Part shown: positions 49,633-63,025 of the stretch, piece after piece
Position numbering within the stretch: the stretch's first letter is position 1
Layout: every line of letters starts with the position of its first letter
NCBI RefSeq assembly: GCF_018977255.1
Contig: NW_024704742.1
Coordinates: 22,012,001 to 22,076,000, forward strand
From: Callorhinchus milii
Lineage: Eukaryota
DNA: 64,000 nt
Direction of reading: 5' to 3'
The notes under the pieces: generated by a model
Database searches by the model: none
What the model was told of the DNA's origin: nothing
What the model saw: only the letters and a program-made list of their open reading frames with translations
Translations under genes and position numbers: made by a program

Positions 49633-52419
49633 AGAACGTTTCAAAATTAAAACTAAATTCAACAATTTTTGCAGCAACACCGTACTGCAACACTGCAGCT
49701 CAGACTTGTGACACGAGGATACTTGCCACTGTTTGGTAAATGTGGATTTTCACCATGACTGAAGTCCACAGTTGCTGTCTTCAGGGACTGGATACAAAGG
49801 GACCTACATTACAAGCCCTTAGAGAGGATGTCTAATTTAATTCTTTTTGACTTCCTACCCTGTAAAATCTGGTAAGATTTGTTTCGAAGAAAGAGTGTAG
49901 TGATGAGATAAACAGAGCAGGAATGACCTTTGGGATCCTGTCAGAATATTGGGAGCTATGACAACAGTTCAAAGCAAAATGGAAATTCTCCAGAGGGGTT
50001 GGCAATCTATGGCTTACTAAACTGCATTGCTTTGTGTTTGGCAGTTAACAATATTCAAATTCCAATGGGTTTTCATTGCATTACTGCCCTCGCAAGAAAA
50101 CTCGTTCCTCAACAAAAAGTAGCAAATACAAATAATGCTGCAATTGGAATTGCTGTCGGGAAGATTTTGACGTAAAACAATTGAACAAGTTCACTTTGCT
50201 AACACTGCAGAACTCAAACAAGATATTGTTTAACATGCTTGTTTTTTTAAAACTCTGCAGCTGTTGAACCTACAAGTGGACAGAGAGCAGATCAGCCACA
50301 GAAAGTCTGTCAGCAATAGATGGGTGTTTTTTCTATCAGCTGACAAAACAAATGAGCTATAGATTCCAGGGTCTCTCTGTTTGCCAGAGTCTGCCATTCT
50401 GATTTGGAAGAGTTCACTTTCAGCCGAAGGAACAAAGGGTAGAGGTCAAAATTCTGGCTTCGAGCTGACTGACTGCAGCATCTGTGTTAAGTCAGGAAAA
50501 CAAAATACATTTTCATCCTTGCAGTTTGAAGGGAACATCCTGTCCTACCTCCTAAAAGATCCCATCATCTGTTTTCTTTTAAAAAAAATCTCCTTCCCAT
50601 TTCCTCCCCTGAAGAAGGCACTGACTCATGCTGGATACAGTTCCACAGTCACTCGCTGCCCCTCATATCTCAAACATATGGCAAATTCTTCATTGAAGAA
50701 CCAAGATATTGGAGTCTACAGTGTGGCAGGGTTCCTTCATAAGGACTTCAAATTACAAATAGGGACTTCCTCCCTTTACAGGAAGTAAATCACTCTGACC
50801 TGAGAGAACACTACTCCGACATGATCTAGTTCTGGAACAGAGTTTCCAGATACAGTGTTCACTTGTGTCTGAGGCAATATTCTCTTATGTCTGAGCCGCG
50901 TTTCTCCCACAAAATGTGTTCAATCCATTTTACCGTATATTCTGTGAAGTGCTTTGAGACGTCTCAATGACATGATAAGACCCACATCAAATGCAAGGAT
51001 TATTATTATTATTATTTGCTTGAACGGGATCTGCTATAGTGGATGTTTATACTTTTTGCAGTGAATGCTTGGATCTGAAGAAGGGACTCTTGTATCTACT
51101 GGAATCAGAATCTGTGGGAGTTCACGAGTCCAAGCCCCACTTGAGGAGTTGAGCTGATAGTCCAGTGCTGTACTGATGGAGCGCTGAGTCACTAGAAGCA
51201 TCATTCTTCAGATGAGATGTCTAAGCAAGATCTTCATTACTTCAGGATGAATACAATCCCTGAACCCCTTGCCCTAAAACAGAAACCCCAGAATATTTGT
51301 TTTTTTTTGCTCTATAGTTTTCAATTCATTAAATAAACACAGTATTAACTTTACAGTTCAAGAATGTTTAAGAATTTGCACTTCTCTAACAAGGGCATTG
51401 CTTAAAATCTGTCAGTAAGGAATGAATTATTCCATTGTCAGATGACGATTTATTTCACTGTGCTGCAGTCACATTCCTGCTTCCTGATTAGAACAGGCGT
51501 GTGCACAAGTGGGAAACAGGTGCAAGGAAGTAATAAAATTATCTGGGAAAGTATCTTGAACAAATATATAACCAGATTTGTGCCTCGTATGTATCTGAAC
51601 TTTACTACAGCATTCTTTGACTTTATGATCTGGGCTGCACCTCTCACCTGATTGAGCCTGAGACTCTTTGCTGCTGCAGGAATGATTGCAATGTACTCTT
51701 CCAACGTCATACCACATATTTGCTGACTGTTAACAAAGTTTTGACTGTAAATGAAGAGTGAATATATTTACAATGTCAGCTTGGGCCTGGCTGCTGCTTA
51801 GTACTGCAATGCAGCATACACAATTGTAGCAATTTCTGACATGCATCATTAGACAGAGATCTGCACCTCTGGGAAATGATCTAATGGGCATGTAATTGAC
51901 AGACAATGCGCAAAGTGACATGTCTGGATTGATGCAGCACCATATTACTGTAAAGTGCAGGCTGAGATAATCATGAGCCCTTCAAGCCATGTGACTTAGT
52001 GTGATAGACATGTTGTACCATTCCTGTGTATATGCCATTAATCTGCTGTGGGTCTTTGACAGATCTGTTTTTAATGGGCAAGTGATCCAAAGTTGTTAGC
52101 TGAGGGATTCATTCTACAGGGAGACTGTGATTACTGAGAGAGACGTTAACATTACATCAGCCTTTCTTGCTGATTTTACAGTATTTCTTAATGGGATTTC
52201 TTAATTAAGAAATATTCCAACTGTTAAGTGGCAAAATATGTGTAACTATTGTTATAGGTTATTGGAATTGTTTAATGTCAGGAAATGTTTCTTGAGGGAG
52301 CTGGAGTTACAACAGCTACGATTGGTTTCAAACCACCCTCAAATGCACAAGTCTTGTTTTCTCATAAAAAATACTTTACATATGAAACCGTACTGAATAA
52401 TTTTTGTGCTATGCCATAT

Positions 52420-52737
52420 AGGCAGGGCAAAACGTTGGGCAAGTTTTCTTACTCCATACACTTCTGTTTACCTAGTAGTAAATAGGAACCCAGTTGTTAG
52501 GTTATTGGCAGATCGCTTTTCCGGGGATAATAATCCCTTCGATAAAAATAATAATACTAATTTGATCACTCAATCCACAACTGTTTGTGGGACACTGCTG
52601 TGCGCAATTGGCTGCCATGTTTCGTCCACAAAATATACAGTCACTGCACTTTACAGTATATTCTGTGAAGTGCTTTGAGACGTCTCGAAGTCATGATGAG
52701 AGGCTATATCAAATGCAAGGATTATTATTATTATTAC
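52420..52737 (+). mobile_element. Deu-SINE long subfamily, head truncated
   Basis: GGCAGGGCAAAACGTTGGGCAAG...TCAAATGCAAGGA(TTA)n. Confidence 0.85.
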
Positions 52738-53202
52738 TTCCATAGTTTTTTCTTAAAATTCACTTCTATTATTTATGAACGTGTTTATGAGGTACTGAGT
52801 ATCCAATCACAGAAGGTTGCTTTGGGTTAACATACAAGGTTTATTATTACAGTACATGACACAGCCTAAACTGAAGTGTCCAGTGCTTTGTTTAATATTC
52901 CTGAAGGATAGCAGATTTCCATGGAGATTTACCAAATCAACCATCAATTGATAAACTGAACGCCTCTGAATGCAGCCAGTCCACCTGTTCTGGACCCACC
53001 TAAAGTGTTTTTTTTTAATCCCAAAGCAACGTTTTTTATAACCAGCATTTAAAGAGGCTCACCTGCTTCACATCCAAATCCATCTAGACTAAAACCATTT
53101 AGTTCCAATGTAGCTGACTCCTTGAGTCCTCCTGTGTCTCCAGGTTTCAAGTGAGCAACTGGGTCTCTTCCTATATGACCAGGCAACACATGTGCAAGGG
53201 TT

Positions 53203-53572
53203 TAATAATAATCCTTGCATTTGATATAGCGCCTTATCACATCGTTGAGACATCTCAAAGTACTTCACAGAATATACTGTAAAGTGAATTGACTGTATCT
53301 TTTGTGGACAAAACGCGGCAGCCAATTGCGCACAGCAGTGTTCTACAAATAGCTGTGGATTGAAGTGACCAAATTATTATTTATTTTGAAGGAATTATTG
53401 CTCCCGGAAAAGTGATCCGCCAATCAACTAACAACCAGGTTCCTACTTACTGCTAAGTAAACAGAGGTATGTGGATTAAGGAAACTTGCGCAACATTTCA
53501 TGCTGCCTGGGAATCGAACCCAGGTTCTCTTGCTTGCGAAGCGAGTGCTCTAACCACTAAACTACAGGTCTC
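53203..53572 (-). mobile_element. Deu-SINE long subfamily, full length
   Basis: Complete antisense copy; head anticodon loop reads TTCGCAA. Confidence 0.88.
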
Positions 53573-53974
53573 CTTTTTAATGTTAAAAAGAGCATCAGAT
53601 TCATTTGGATTCAAGTCTAGAAGTGACTCTATTCAACATTTTGGGCAATAGGTGTGCGGGCAGGGAGAGGAAAACATGCTTGTGGCACTCAGTTCTTAGA
53701 CCCTCCCTCTCATATCTAGTTCACTCCCACATGCATTTTCATCTAATGTCTGATTGAAGACAAGTGATTTTTAAAAAAAATGAAATTTCTGAACTTCACT
53801 ATTACTCTTTAGAGATTTTTTTTAAAAAAGCTGCATTTAAACTCTCTAATATGGAAGAAATTCCACCTGGGCCTCTATTTACTCTTATTTATGTGACAAT
53901 TTAGAGTGCCAGATCTTGACAAATTGTTGAATTCATTCTTAACCTTGAAGCTGGTTTTCTACACTGGGCTAAAT

Positions 53975-54205
53975 TTCCTTCTCTTTATGAATAGCATCAT
54001 GGTATTTTTAATGTCCACTTGAACAACAGGATGATGGGCCATAGAGTTAATGTCTCATCTAAAGAACAACACTTCCAATAATGCCAGTCTCCCCCAGTAT
54101 TACAATAGAGCGTGAGACTAGACTATGAGTTTAAGTCCTGATGTGGGGTTTGAACCCACATCTCCTGTCCCAAAGGGCAAGAGTGCCAACAACTGAGCCG
54201 GGCTG
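53975..54205 (-). mobile_element. Old Deu-SINE 5' half
   Basis: TTAATGTCTCATCT...GGGGTTTGAACCCACA...GAGTGCCAACAACTGAGCC. Confidence 0.7.
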
Positions 54206-57004
54206 ACAATATTATCATTTTATCACTATAGTCAGATTTGTACCGTACAAAACCTGACATCAATAAGATGCCTGAAATGTGACTGAACCATTGTATTGTA
54301 AACCATGAGACATCATGGAAAACATGAAAACGTTTAAAAGGAAGCAGAAACAATTATTTAACTTTTTTTCCACTTAAAAATGGAACGGCAGGAATAAACT
54401 TACAATCATGTAGGGATTGTAACTGAGGGCAGCATCTTGCTTGAAGAATTCAATCCATGGGTCTCATCCTTCAGGCTGTCTTCTCAATTGCCACATACCG
54501 TACTCCACTCCCACACATTTATAATTACTCAAGCCTCTGCTGTGTGGAACCTGCTATACTTGGGTTTATTCTAAGAGATTTCTATCCATGGGTCTACATG
54601 ACAGTATGATTCCCACATGGAAATAGATGTAGATTAATTTGTATGTACATATACCAACAGACCAACAGCAATTCAGAGGAACAGAAAATATTTTGAAATA
54701 CAGTACTTGTGACTTTCTCCTGGGTTTTAACACAGTGGGTTTTTTCACAGATTGTGTTGTAAGGTTTTTTTCTCCCAGTTTCTTCATTTTGCTGTCGTGA
54801 CTTTGCCTTGAGGTTTGCAGCCTAGAATTACTTTAATGGAAAGCCCATATGGAACAAAAATCAATATTTTCATAGGAAAATGACAGAGTTTAAGATACTT
54901 TGCATAAAAATTGGAATCTTTTGAGACCGCTTAGCAGAGTGCGCCAACACTGACCTTTTCTTCCTGAGATCTGTATTCAGAAAATCACCTGACATTTCAG
55001 ATCTCACCTGACATTTCAATCTGAAGCTTCCATGGGGTTAGCTAACATATGTGCTTGTGGTACCTAATTCTACCTCTTAGCCATTTCCATTGATTACAGA
55101 ACTGTTGCTGTTCACACTGACTAACCGTCTGACATCAAGTCCAAGGTGAACCACCCCTTTCACTTATTTTTAGCGTGAGCCTATTTTATCTTAAAATTTA
55201 AGATCATGCAGAATTCAGCTTTATTTGGAAGCCGGAACTGCAGAAACCCAGCTTCCAAATTTAGACTGAATTTAAGAGTTTTCCACAATTCTGCAAACTT
55301 AAAATTTAAGACAAAATTGTCTTACAGGCTAATAGTAGATGAAAATGTAGGTATTTTGATTATGTCCCTGAGAGGATCAAGTGTAAGATCCTGGTTCTGG
55401 TCTTTAAATTCCTCCATGTACTCGCCCCACCCTACCAAATGCAATTGTCTCTATCCCTACATTACAGTTCATACTGTCCTCTATTCTGTCTTCTGGACTA
55501 TTGCTTTCTCCCTGCTTATTTGCTCCACTATTAGTGAACAATCCCTTAGTCACTGTCTTCTGGAACTATCTTTCAAAAACTCTGTGCCTTATAACCTCTC
55601 TCCCTGCCTTGAAATATCTCCTCAAATCATACATTCAGTTGTGTCTTTGGTCAACTTTGAATCTAACATCCCCTTGTTTGGTGTCTACCACTATATTTGT
55701 CAAGAGGTTAATTAGACATATTCTTTTTTGTGTGAAAGAAACCGTACAAATGTTATATTTTGCATTTAATAAGAAAAATAATAATCCTTTCATTTGTTAC
55801 CACACTTTTCAGGTTGGAAGGACGAATCACTTAACACAATCTACTTTAAAGTGTAGTGGCTATGTATGTTGTGGACGGATTGCATATTTTGTCGTTGGGA
55901 GAACTTTTTGATGAGATTCGTGCTCACTTTTTTTCCCTTTTAAATGATCTGAGATGAACTGGGATATTTTCTTTTGCAATGTTTTTTCCATCTTCCTCTC
56001 TGTCTGGGAAAATCTCATTTATGCTTGACAATGCCCCATAAATTGAGGCTGGGATGGGGCTCTCAGTGGTATGAAGGATTATGAGAACGAACCCACATCC
56101 CAGCCGTTCCTGGCACGGTGAGCCGATGATTCAACAACCAATGCCAGCATGCTGCTCAGAAAGTTATTTTAAAATTCCAATTTGCTTCCATTTACATTAC
56201 GTTGAGCAGGAGGAGCCCACATATAGCTACATCCTGTTTATGAGAACAGTCTTTTTCGTGGGCTGAAAATAGGATGCTCTTGTGACAATGCTCTGCTGTG
56301 TTTGTGAAAGAAGACTGTTGATTGAGCATCCTAAAGAAGAAGTCGAAAACAATCATAACAAGTCATCCCAGCAGTTTCCTGAAACAAGGCTTTCTGCCTG
56401 GATCATCCCCGGGCTTGACTGGTGCACCATAACACCATCACTCAATAGCAGTCACAATAATGGAAAAATAAATGGTTTGACAAGAAATAAAGGAATGGTG
56501 CCAACGATTAATTTAATATGTTAGGGCCACAGTCCGACCAGATTAATTCCTGATTTCTGGGGCAGATCAAATTTTACCAAGGTTGTGTTTTTCAGAATTG
56601 TTTCCTCACCCCCCATCCCCCCAAAGAATGGCTGCTCCTTTCATATATTTTATTTCATTTTCAACGTTCTTGTGATGTCCTGCCAGAGTTTAGTCCCTGG
56701 AGTCTGGCTGAGAGGGCAGGAATGCAAGCAGTTCGCGTGGATTTTTCCCACAGCTTCCTCCATTCTTGTAACATCTGGGAAGGTTGATCATGGAGTGAGC
56801 ATATATCTTCCATCTCCAATGCATGTCATCCCCTAAACCACACCGACACTTTTAATTTTTACCATCCAGTTATTGTGCTCAGGTTTCCTTTTAAGTATTT
56901 TCCTCACACCTCCTCTCATGGGTCTCGCCTGAACAAGAAGGCAAATAGAAAATGAATGGGATAGGGAACTGCGGTATGCAGACGATTAAGGAGCAACTCC
57001 ATGT

Positions 57005-57020
57005 GTTGCCACCTTGTGGT
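57005..57020 (-). promoter_or_regulatory. CTCF-like motif
   Basis: Minus strand ACCACAAGGTGGCAAC fits the CTCF core. Confidence 0.4.
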
Positions 57021-58149
57021 GAAGCATGTTTGGGTTCTAACTCATACTATTGCCATCACCTCCCTTTCATTCTGTGTGTCAACTTCCATATACTGACGGG
57101 CCAGGCAGGATACCCAGCTTGTGCAGAAGGAAAACATATTATTGCAGCACAGCAGGCTGAGAGATGCCAAAGGTACATTATAGATCTCATCATTATTGAT
57201 GCAGGTTGTTGCTCCTTCATTAAAATATTATCGGTGGTCTATTTTGATGACCAACATCCAGGTGACAAAACGTCTGTTGGTGATAACATAACACTGTGAT
57301 AATAATTCTTGTATTTGGTACAACACCTTACCACATTGTCGAGACATCTCAGGGTGTTTCACAGAATTTATTGTGATGAGTAATGACTGAACAGTAAACC
57401 CCTGACAACTCGACCTGTGAATTCCCTTTACAGTATATTCTGTGAAGCACTTCGAGACGTCTCAGCGATGTGATAAGGCGCTGTAGCAAATGCAAGGATT
57501 ATTATTATTACCACATGCTGTCAATATCCTGGCCGCATTTATTTACGTATTTATACATATGCCTAACTCGCCATTGCGCATAACTTACCATTGAGCCTTT
57601 TTCCCTTGGAGTGATGAGTTATAAGGAGTTTACTGTATTTGTAGGTGATTGTGAGAGCCAATTTGTGGCAATAATGTCCCACAAACAGTCATAAAGTGAG
57701 TGACCAATTTTGTTTGGGGGATTAGGATTAGCCAGTTGGCCAATCGAACACATATGTAGTCAAACTCCTAATCAATGATTTTTTTAGCAAAGGGAAAAGA
57801 GGAAACTGGGGAGAAAAAAAAACATCTCACAGATTTAGGATCCAAAAATGTTAAAATGCCTTTTTGTGCAGATAGAGGGAATTATTGAAAAGTAAAACCA
57901 CCACTCATTATTTGCAATGATAATTTATTAGAAGCTGAGCTAGAAGGGCTATGTGATTGGCATCAGGGCGCTGAGATTCTGGTTGGCTTATGTATTCAGA
58001 TAACTCCACTCCAGATAACTCGTCATTGAGCCTTGTATGTAGTGACTTTGCCGATGCCCAGTTATAACAGAGAAATCCCCAAAAGACCAACATCGTTTTT
58101 ACCTAACGGTAAGTAGGAACTCGCTTGTTATTCGATTGGTTCTGCTTTT

Positions 58150-58360
58150 CATAGAATCATACAACATAGAAGGAGGCCATTCAGCCCACTGTGTCTGTGG
58201 CGGCTCTTTGAAAAGAGCTATCCAAATCAATCCCACTCCCTCGCTCTCTCCCCATAGCCTGCAAACTTGTCCTCCCCAAATAATTATCAATTTATCTCTT
58301 AAAAGTTGTTATCGAATCGACTTCCACCACCCTTTAGGATAATGCATTGCAGATCCGAGC
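58150..58360 (-). mobile_element. CR1 LINE 3' end
   Basis: CATAGAATCATAC...GAAGGAGGCCATTCAGCCC...AAAGAGCTATCC; an older CR1 piece lies at ~58770-58880. Confidence 0.85.
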
Positions 58361-58399
58361 AACATTAATTTGTTAATAATTTAATTTGAGCAAATACAT

Positions 58400-58620
58400 T
58401 TTCTGGGGGTAATAATCACTTCAATAAATAAATAAGTAAATAATTTGGTCACTTAATAAACGACTGTTTGTGGGACACTGCTGTGCGTAATTGGCTCTTG
58501 CGTTTCACCCACAAAACATACAGTCAATTCACTTTACAGTATATTCTATGAAGCGCTTTCAGATAACTAGAAGACGTTATAAGGCACTATATCAAATGGA
58601 AGGATTATTATTATTATTAT
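58400..58620 (+). mobile_element. Deu-SINE 3' half
   Basis: Deu core and (TTA)n tail. Confidence 0.85.
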
Positions 58621-59349
58621 CGTCAACAAAGCTACACTGAACGGTGACCGACTGAAATTTCATACCTCAAGTGCATAAGTTTATATCTAATTTGAAACGT
58701 CCATCTGGCCAGTCCCAAAGTAAAAACAAATAGTTGTACACTACTCAATCTTTCATACCACTTTGCCAAATAGCTATCCGAATTCCCTCTTGAATTTACT
58801 GACACAATCTGCCTTCATTGCCTCCTGGAGTAGGCCATTCCACATATTCATGGATCTCTGTGTAAAGTAATTAAACCTAAAGTGTCTGTTCACCTTTCCT
58901 CCTCTGAGCTGTTGGGAGCTATTTTTCAGCAAATCCCTCTTCCTCACACACAATGTTTGTCCTTTACATAAAACAACACGTTATTCATAATTTAGGTACA
59001 ACGTGCATACAAATATATTAGATCATTGTTCCTCAACTTGATCCACAGGGAGTAGACATGTTCAGGTGCAGCATTGCAGCTGAAGCCACATGTCAGCAGC
59101 AGGGATCTTGCCAGACTCATGTCTAGNTTTTTAACACGCCTTGAGTTGCACTTCACCTCACAGCTGATGAGCCATACCCCAGATAGTCATAGATCGAGTA
59201 GCGGTTGTGAGTAATGTGTAAGCTGCACGCATTTTCCCTTGCCAATATACACAGTATGAAACATGCCAAAGATCCTGCAGTTGTATAGCATCACTATTAC
59301 TGAAGCTTAAGGGGCTAATACCCTTAATATATTACTGACATTGTCCACA

Positions 59350-59790
59350 AATAATAATCATCTTTGCATTTGATGAAACACTTTATCACATCGAAAGTGC
59401 TTCACAGAGCTTTCTGTAAAGTGTAGTGAATGGATATTAGCTGGCATCACAGCAGACAATTTGCACACAGCTTTGACCCGCAAACAGCCATGAAGTGAAT
59501 CACTAAAAAACTGGGGAGTTGTTGTCCAGGACACTGTGAGAAACTCTTTCCCCTTTTCGTATAATGCCATGGGATCTTCACCATCCACCTGAACAGACAG
59601 GCGTTCTGAGACATCAATTTAACATCTCGTCCAAAGGGCAGAGTCTTGACGGTGCAGTGTTCCCACAGTACTGCACCGACAGGAGTCTCAGCCCAGGCTG
59701 TGTGGACTCAAAGTTCAGACATGAGACTGAAGCTCTCAAACTTCCAACTCAGAGGCGAGAGTGGTACCAACTGAGCCAGATTGACACCTA
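59350..59790 (-). mobile_element. Old Deu-SINE (SacSINE1-like), near full length
   Basis: Tail at 59350; TGCCATGGGATCTT...CCACCTGAACAG; head ACTCAGAGGCGAGAGTGGTACCAACTGAGCCA. Confidence 0.82.
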
Positions 59791-59884
59791 TGATGAACCA
59801 TTAGTCACACAAAACAGAAAGACAATCTGATTGTGATAAATCCCTAATTGAAAATATTTTCGTTATTAAAAATCACTGTTACGA

Positions 59885-60240
59885 GAGGTAGCCCAGCGGT
59901 GTACTGGGAAGAGCTACAAGCGTACGGACCACAAGTCTGCTCGTTCGACTCCTGATCAGTGTGGAGTTTTCTGGAATCAGCCTTGAATAAAGGTACTAAA
60001 TTGGTCCAGGCACCAGGGTTAAGGAGCAGAAAATCAGCTGAGGTTTTTGCTTCTAGTCCCTCTACTGGTTGTTTGTACGTGGGTGTAACAGCTGAACAGG
60101 AAGAGGTCAGGCTCAGCTATGATATCCTCTGCAGTCAAGTGCTGACCCTCACTAAACCACACGAACAATGGCCACTTAGGTGGATACTGGAGGGCATCCA
60201 GCATCTGTGGAACTAAACTGCACTCCAGCGAGAGGAGATC
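59885..60240 (+). repeat. Unclassified SINE-like interspersed repeat
   Basis: A-box-like GTAGCCCAGCGGT and B-box-like GTTCGACTCC; body shared with 26710 and 61210. Confidence 0.55.
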
Positions 60241-60493
60241 AGACCAGGAGCAGAGAGGGATATGCCAGCGGAGAGAAATTGGACATATATTAGGGCACAG
60301 GGCACACTATTTTTGAATTTTTTTTTTAAAAAATCACATTCCTGAACTGTACATTTATACTATGTTTGAATCCTTTTACAAGTAATGAGTTGCAATGGAC
60401 TGACAAAAGGTTGAAAACACACGAGTGCAGCAAAAGAGATACACTCTTCCTGTATCAGTGCAGTGTCATATGTTTGTACAGTATTGTGTATAG

Positions 60494-60797
60494 TGGAGTC
60501 CCGTAGTGTAGTGGTTAGTGCGAGGTGAAACGTTTCCTTACTCCACATGTCTGTTTCCCTAGCGGTTAGTAGGAACTCAGTTGTTAGTCGATTAGCGGAT
60601 CGCTTTCCGGGGATAATAATCCCTCAAAAAAAATGTGGCCACTCCATCCATGACTGTTTGTGGGACACTGTTGTGCGTAATTGGCTGTCACGTCTCGCCC
60701 CCAAAATACACAGTCAATCCACTTTATATTCTGTGAAGCGCTTTGAGACGTCTCGATGCGATAAGGCACTATATCACATGCAAGCATTATTATATTA
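60494..60797 (+). mobile_element. Deu-SINE long subfamily with a deletion in the head
   Basis: GGAGTCCCGTAGTGTAGTGGTTAG joined directly to GAAACGTTTCCTTACTCCAC; remainder typical. Confidence 0.85.
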
Positions 60798-61209
60798 TAG
60801 TATACATCAGAATTGCATAGATTGATTTGAGTGTACCTTGTGTTATTGGCACTGTTTGTTGAGCTGACTAACTGTCTGGATGAAGCCTCTGGATACTTTT
60901 GCTTTCCCTCTTCAGTTTGACACCTGGGCCCCACTGGTGAAATCCATTGATCTGATCCACTCAACCATGTGGGAGCACACTGAAGTGTTGTATTTTTCTT
61001 GTAAAGGTTGATATCCTCCCAGTACACACCATCCATACATTTTTTAATTTTTTAATTGGTTTGGAAAGCTTTCCTAAAGCGTGACGTTACATCATTTGGA
61101 GTTCAGTTTACAACACTCCAGATGCGCTGGACTTTCCTTGGCTGACTTCACATCAGGTGGAATTGTTCATTTGAACCTTGAAGGAAAATTCATGCACGTG
61201 TGGATAACG

Positions 61210-61530
61210 CACAGTCTGTTATTGTACTGAGCCACACAGATCAGTAAAATCTCCGGTTTGATCCTCATTCTGTGCTGTTAAATGACCTCAGCAGTTTTAC
61301 AGTTAAAATTAGCCTCAGTGCCTTTGACTTAAAAAGAATAAAATCTGCCTGGATTTCCACTCAAGACACAATCCAGTGACTCCCCCTGCTGGAAAAATGC
61401 CTATATATGACTGTCTGGTGAGGGCAGGATTGATCTTAGCTGCAATTGTTGAATTGCTCCCCGATAGTCACAATATAGGCTCGTGTACAATGTGAATATT
61501 GTCCACTTGCTTAAGATACTCGAAAGCAGC
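61210..61530 (+). repeat. Unclassified SINE-like interspersed repeat
   Basis: TACTGAGCCACACAGA...GGTTTGATCC...AATTAGCCTCAGTGCC...ATCCAGTGAC...GGTGAGGGCAGGAT...CCACTT, same family as 59885. Confidence 0.55.
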
Positions 61531-62644
61531 CACGGCCTCTTAGCCCACTGTGAGTTTGAAAGGAAAGGGTAAAAATTGGAATGCCGAGCCACAGTTTTCT
61601 TATTCCCACCTACTTTTAAGTTATTCCTATTTTACTTATTTTTTCTTGACTATGAGTTCAAGACATAACTCAGCATTTCAGAGCAACACATTATTTTCTG
61701 GCTGAAAGTGTGACCAACAATCTGCACCCCCCCCCCCCCACCACAACCTCCACCCCAGCCTTTCCCGACAACACTTCCTAAACCAAGCTATAGCAGGCAG
61801 CTATTGTTTGACTTAAACTTTCACCTGTTAGGAAGTGATTGATGGCTTCTCATGGCTTACATCAAGACAGATGCAATGGTTTGGAGTAAAATACGTACAG
61901 TACTATATTTGAGCTTCCTTCCTGCATTTCTGCACTAAAATATATATCTCCTCCACCCTTGAAAAAAAAGCTTCACAATAACTTATGGGATCATGCTTTG
62001 CAGAGACAGTCTCACTATCAGGGCCACATTTACAAATTAAAGGGGTGACATTAATAGTGTTTCATAAAGTCTTCAATGTGATAATTATCTCAGCTCATAC
62101 ATTGTTTGAGAATACCGATGGCAGGTAAGAATTTCATGATGGGCCACAATAGACATGTAGGCGAAACACAGCAGCCAATTTGCTAATACTGTAAATGTGA
62201 AGTAAAAACAGAAAATGTACTGTGAATGCAATTAGTGATTTACATTTTCTGTAACTTTTTCCTAATGTCTTTGTCCTATCCTGTTTAAAGAAGCTGTTCT
62301 AATCTTTTGGTTCCAGTTCAGATGAAAGAATGAAACACTTTCCTTTTCAGATTCTGATATATAATATATAATAACATATATAATAATTCTTACATTTGCA
62401 TTTAGTGTGGTGCCTTTCATGTCGGGGGATGTCTCAAAGCGCTTCACAGGAATTACTGTACAGTACAGCAATTTTCCTGATAAATCGACAATGTATTTTC
62501 CTGATTTTATTTCAGCATCAACAACCACCACTTGTATAGCACCTTTCACATGAAATAAATGTCTCAAAGTGTTTTACAAAATAAGATTGATTAGAAATTA
62601 AGTGCATGTTATATCTGGCGTGCAACAAATTCTACACTTATTGA

Positions 62645-63025
62645 AACCCCTGGAGCTCAGTGGTTAGAGCTCTCGTCTCACAAGCGAGAGTCCTGGGTTC
62701 GATCCCGGGCAGGGCAAAACATTGGGCAAGTTTCCTTACTCCACATGCCTCTGTTTATCCAGCAATTAGTGGGAACCCAGTTGTTAGTCGATTTGGCGGA
62801 TCACTTTTCCGGGGGTAGTAATTCTTTTTAAAAAAATAATAAATCGGTCGCTCGATCCACGACCGTTCATGGGACACTGCTGTGCGCAATTGGCTGCCGC
62901 GTTTCGCCCACAAAATACACTTGTCAATTCGCCTTACAGTGTATCCTGTGAAGCGCTTTGAGACGTCGAGAAGACAGGATAAGGCGCTGTATCAAATGCA
63001 AAAGGATTATTGTTATTGTTATCAT
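62645..63025 (+). mobile_element. Deu-SINE long subfamily, full length, CpG-rich
   Basis: GCTCAGTGGTTAGAGC...GGGTTCGATCCCGGG head, internal segment, core and tail. Confidence 0.9.
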
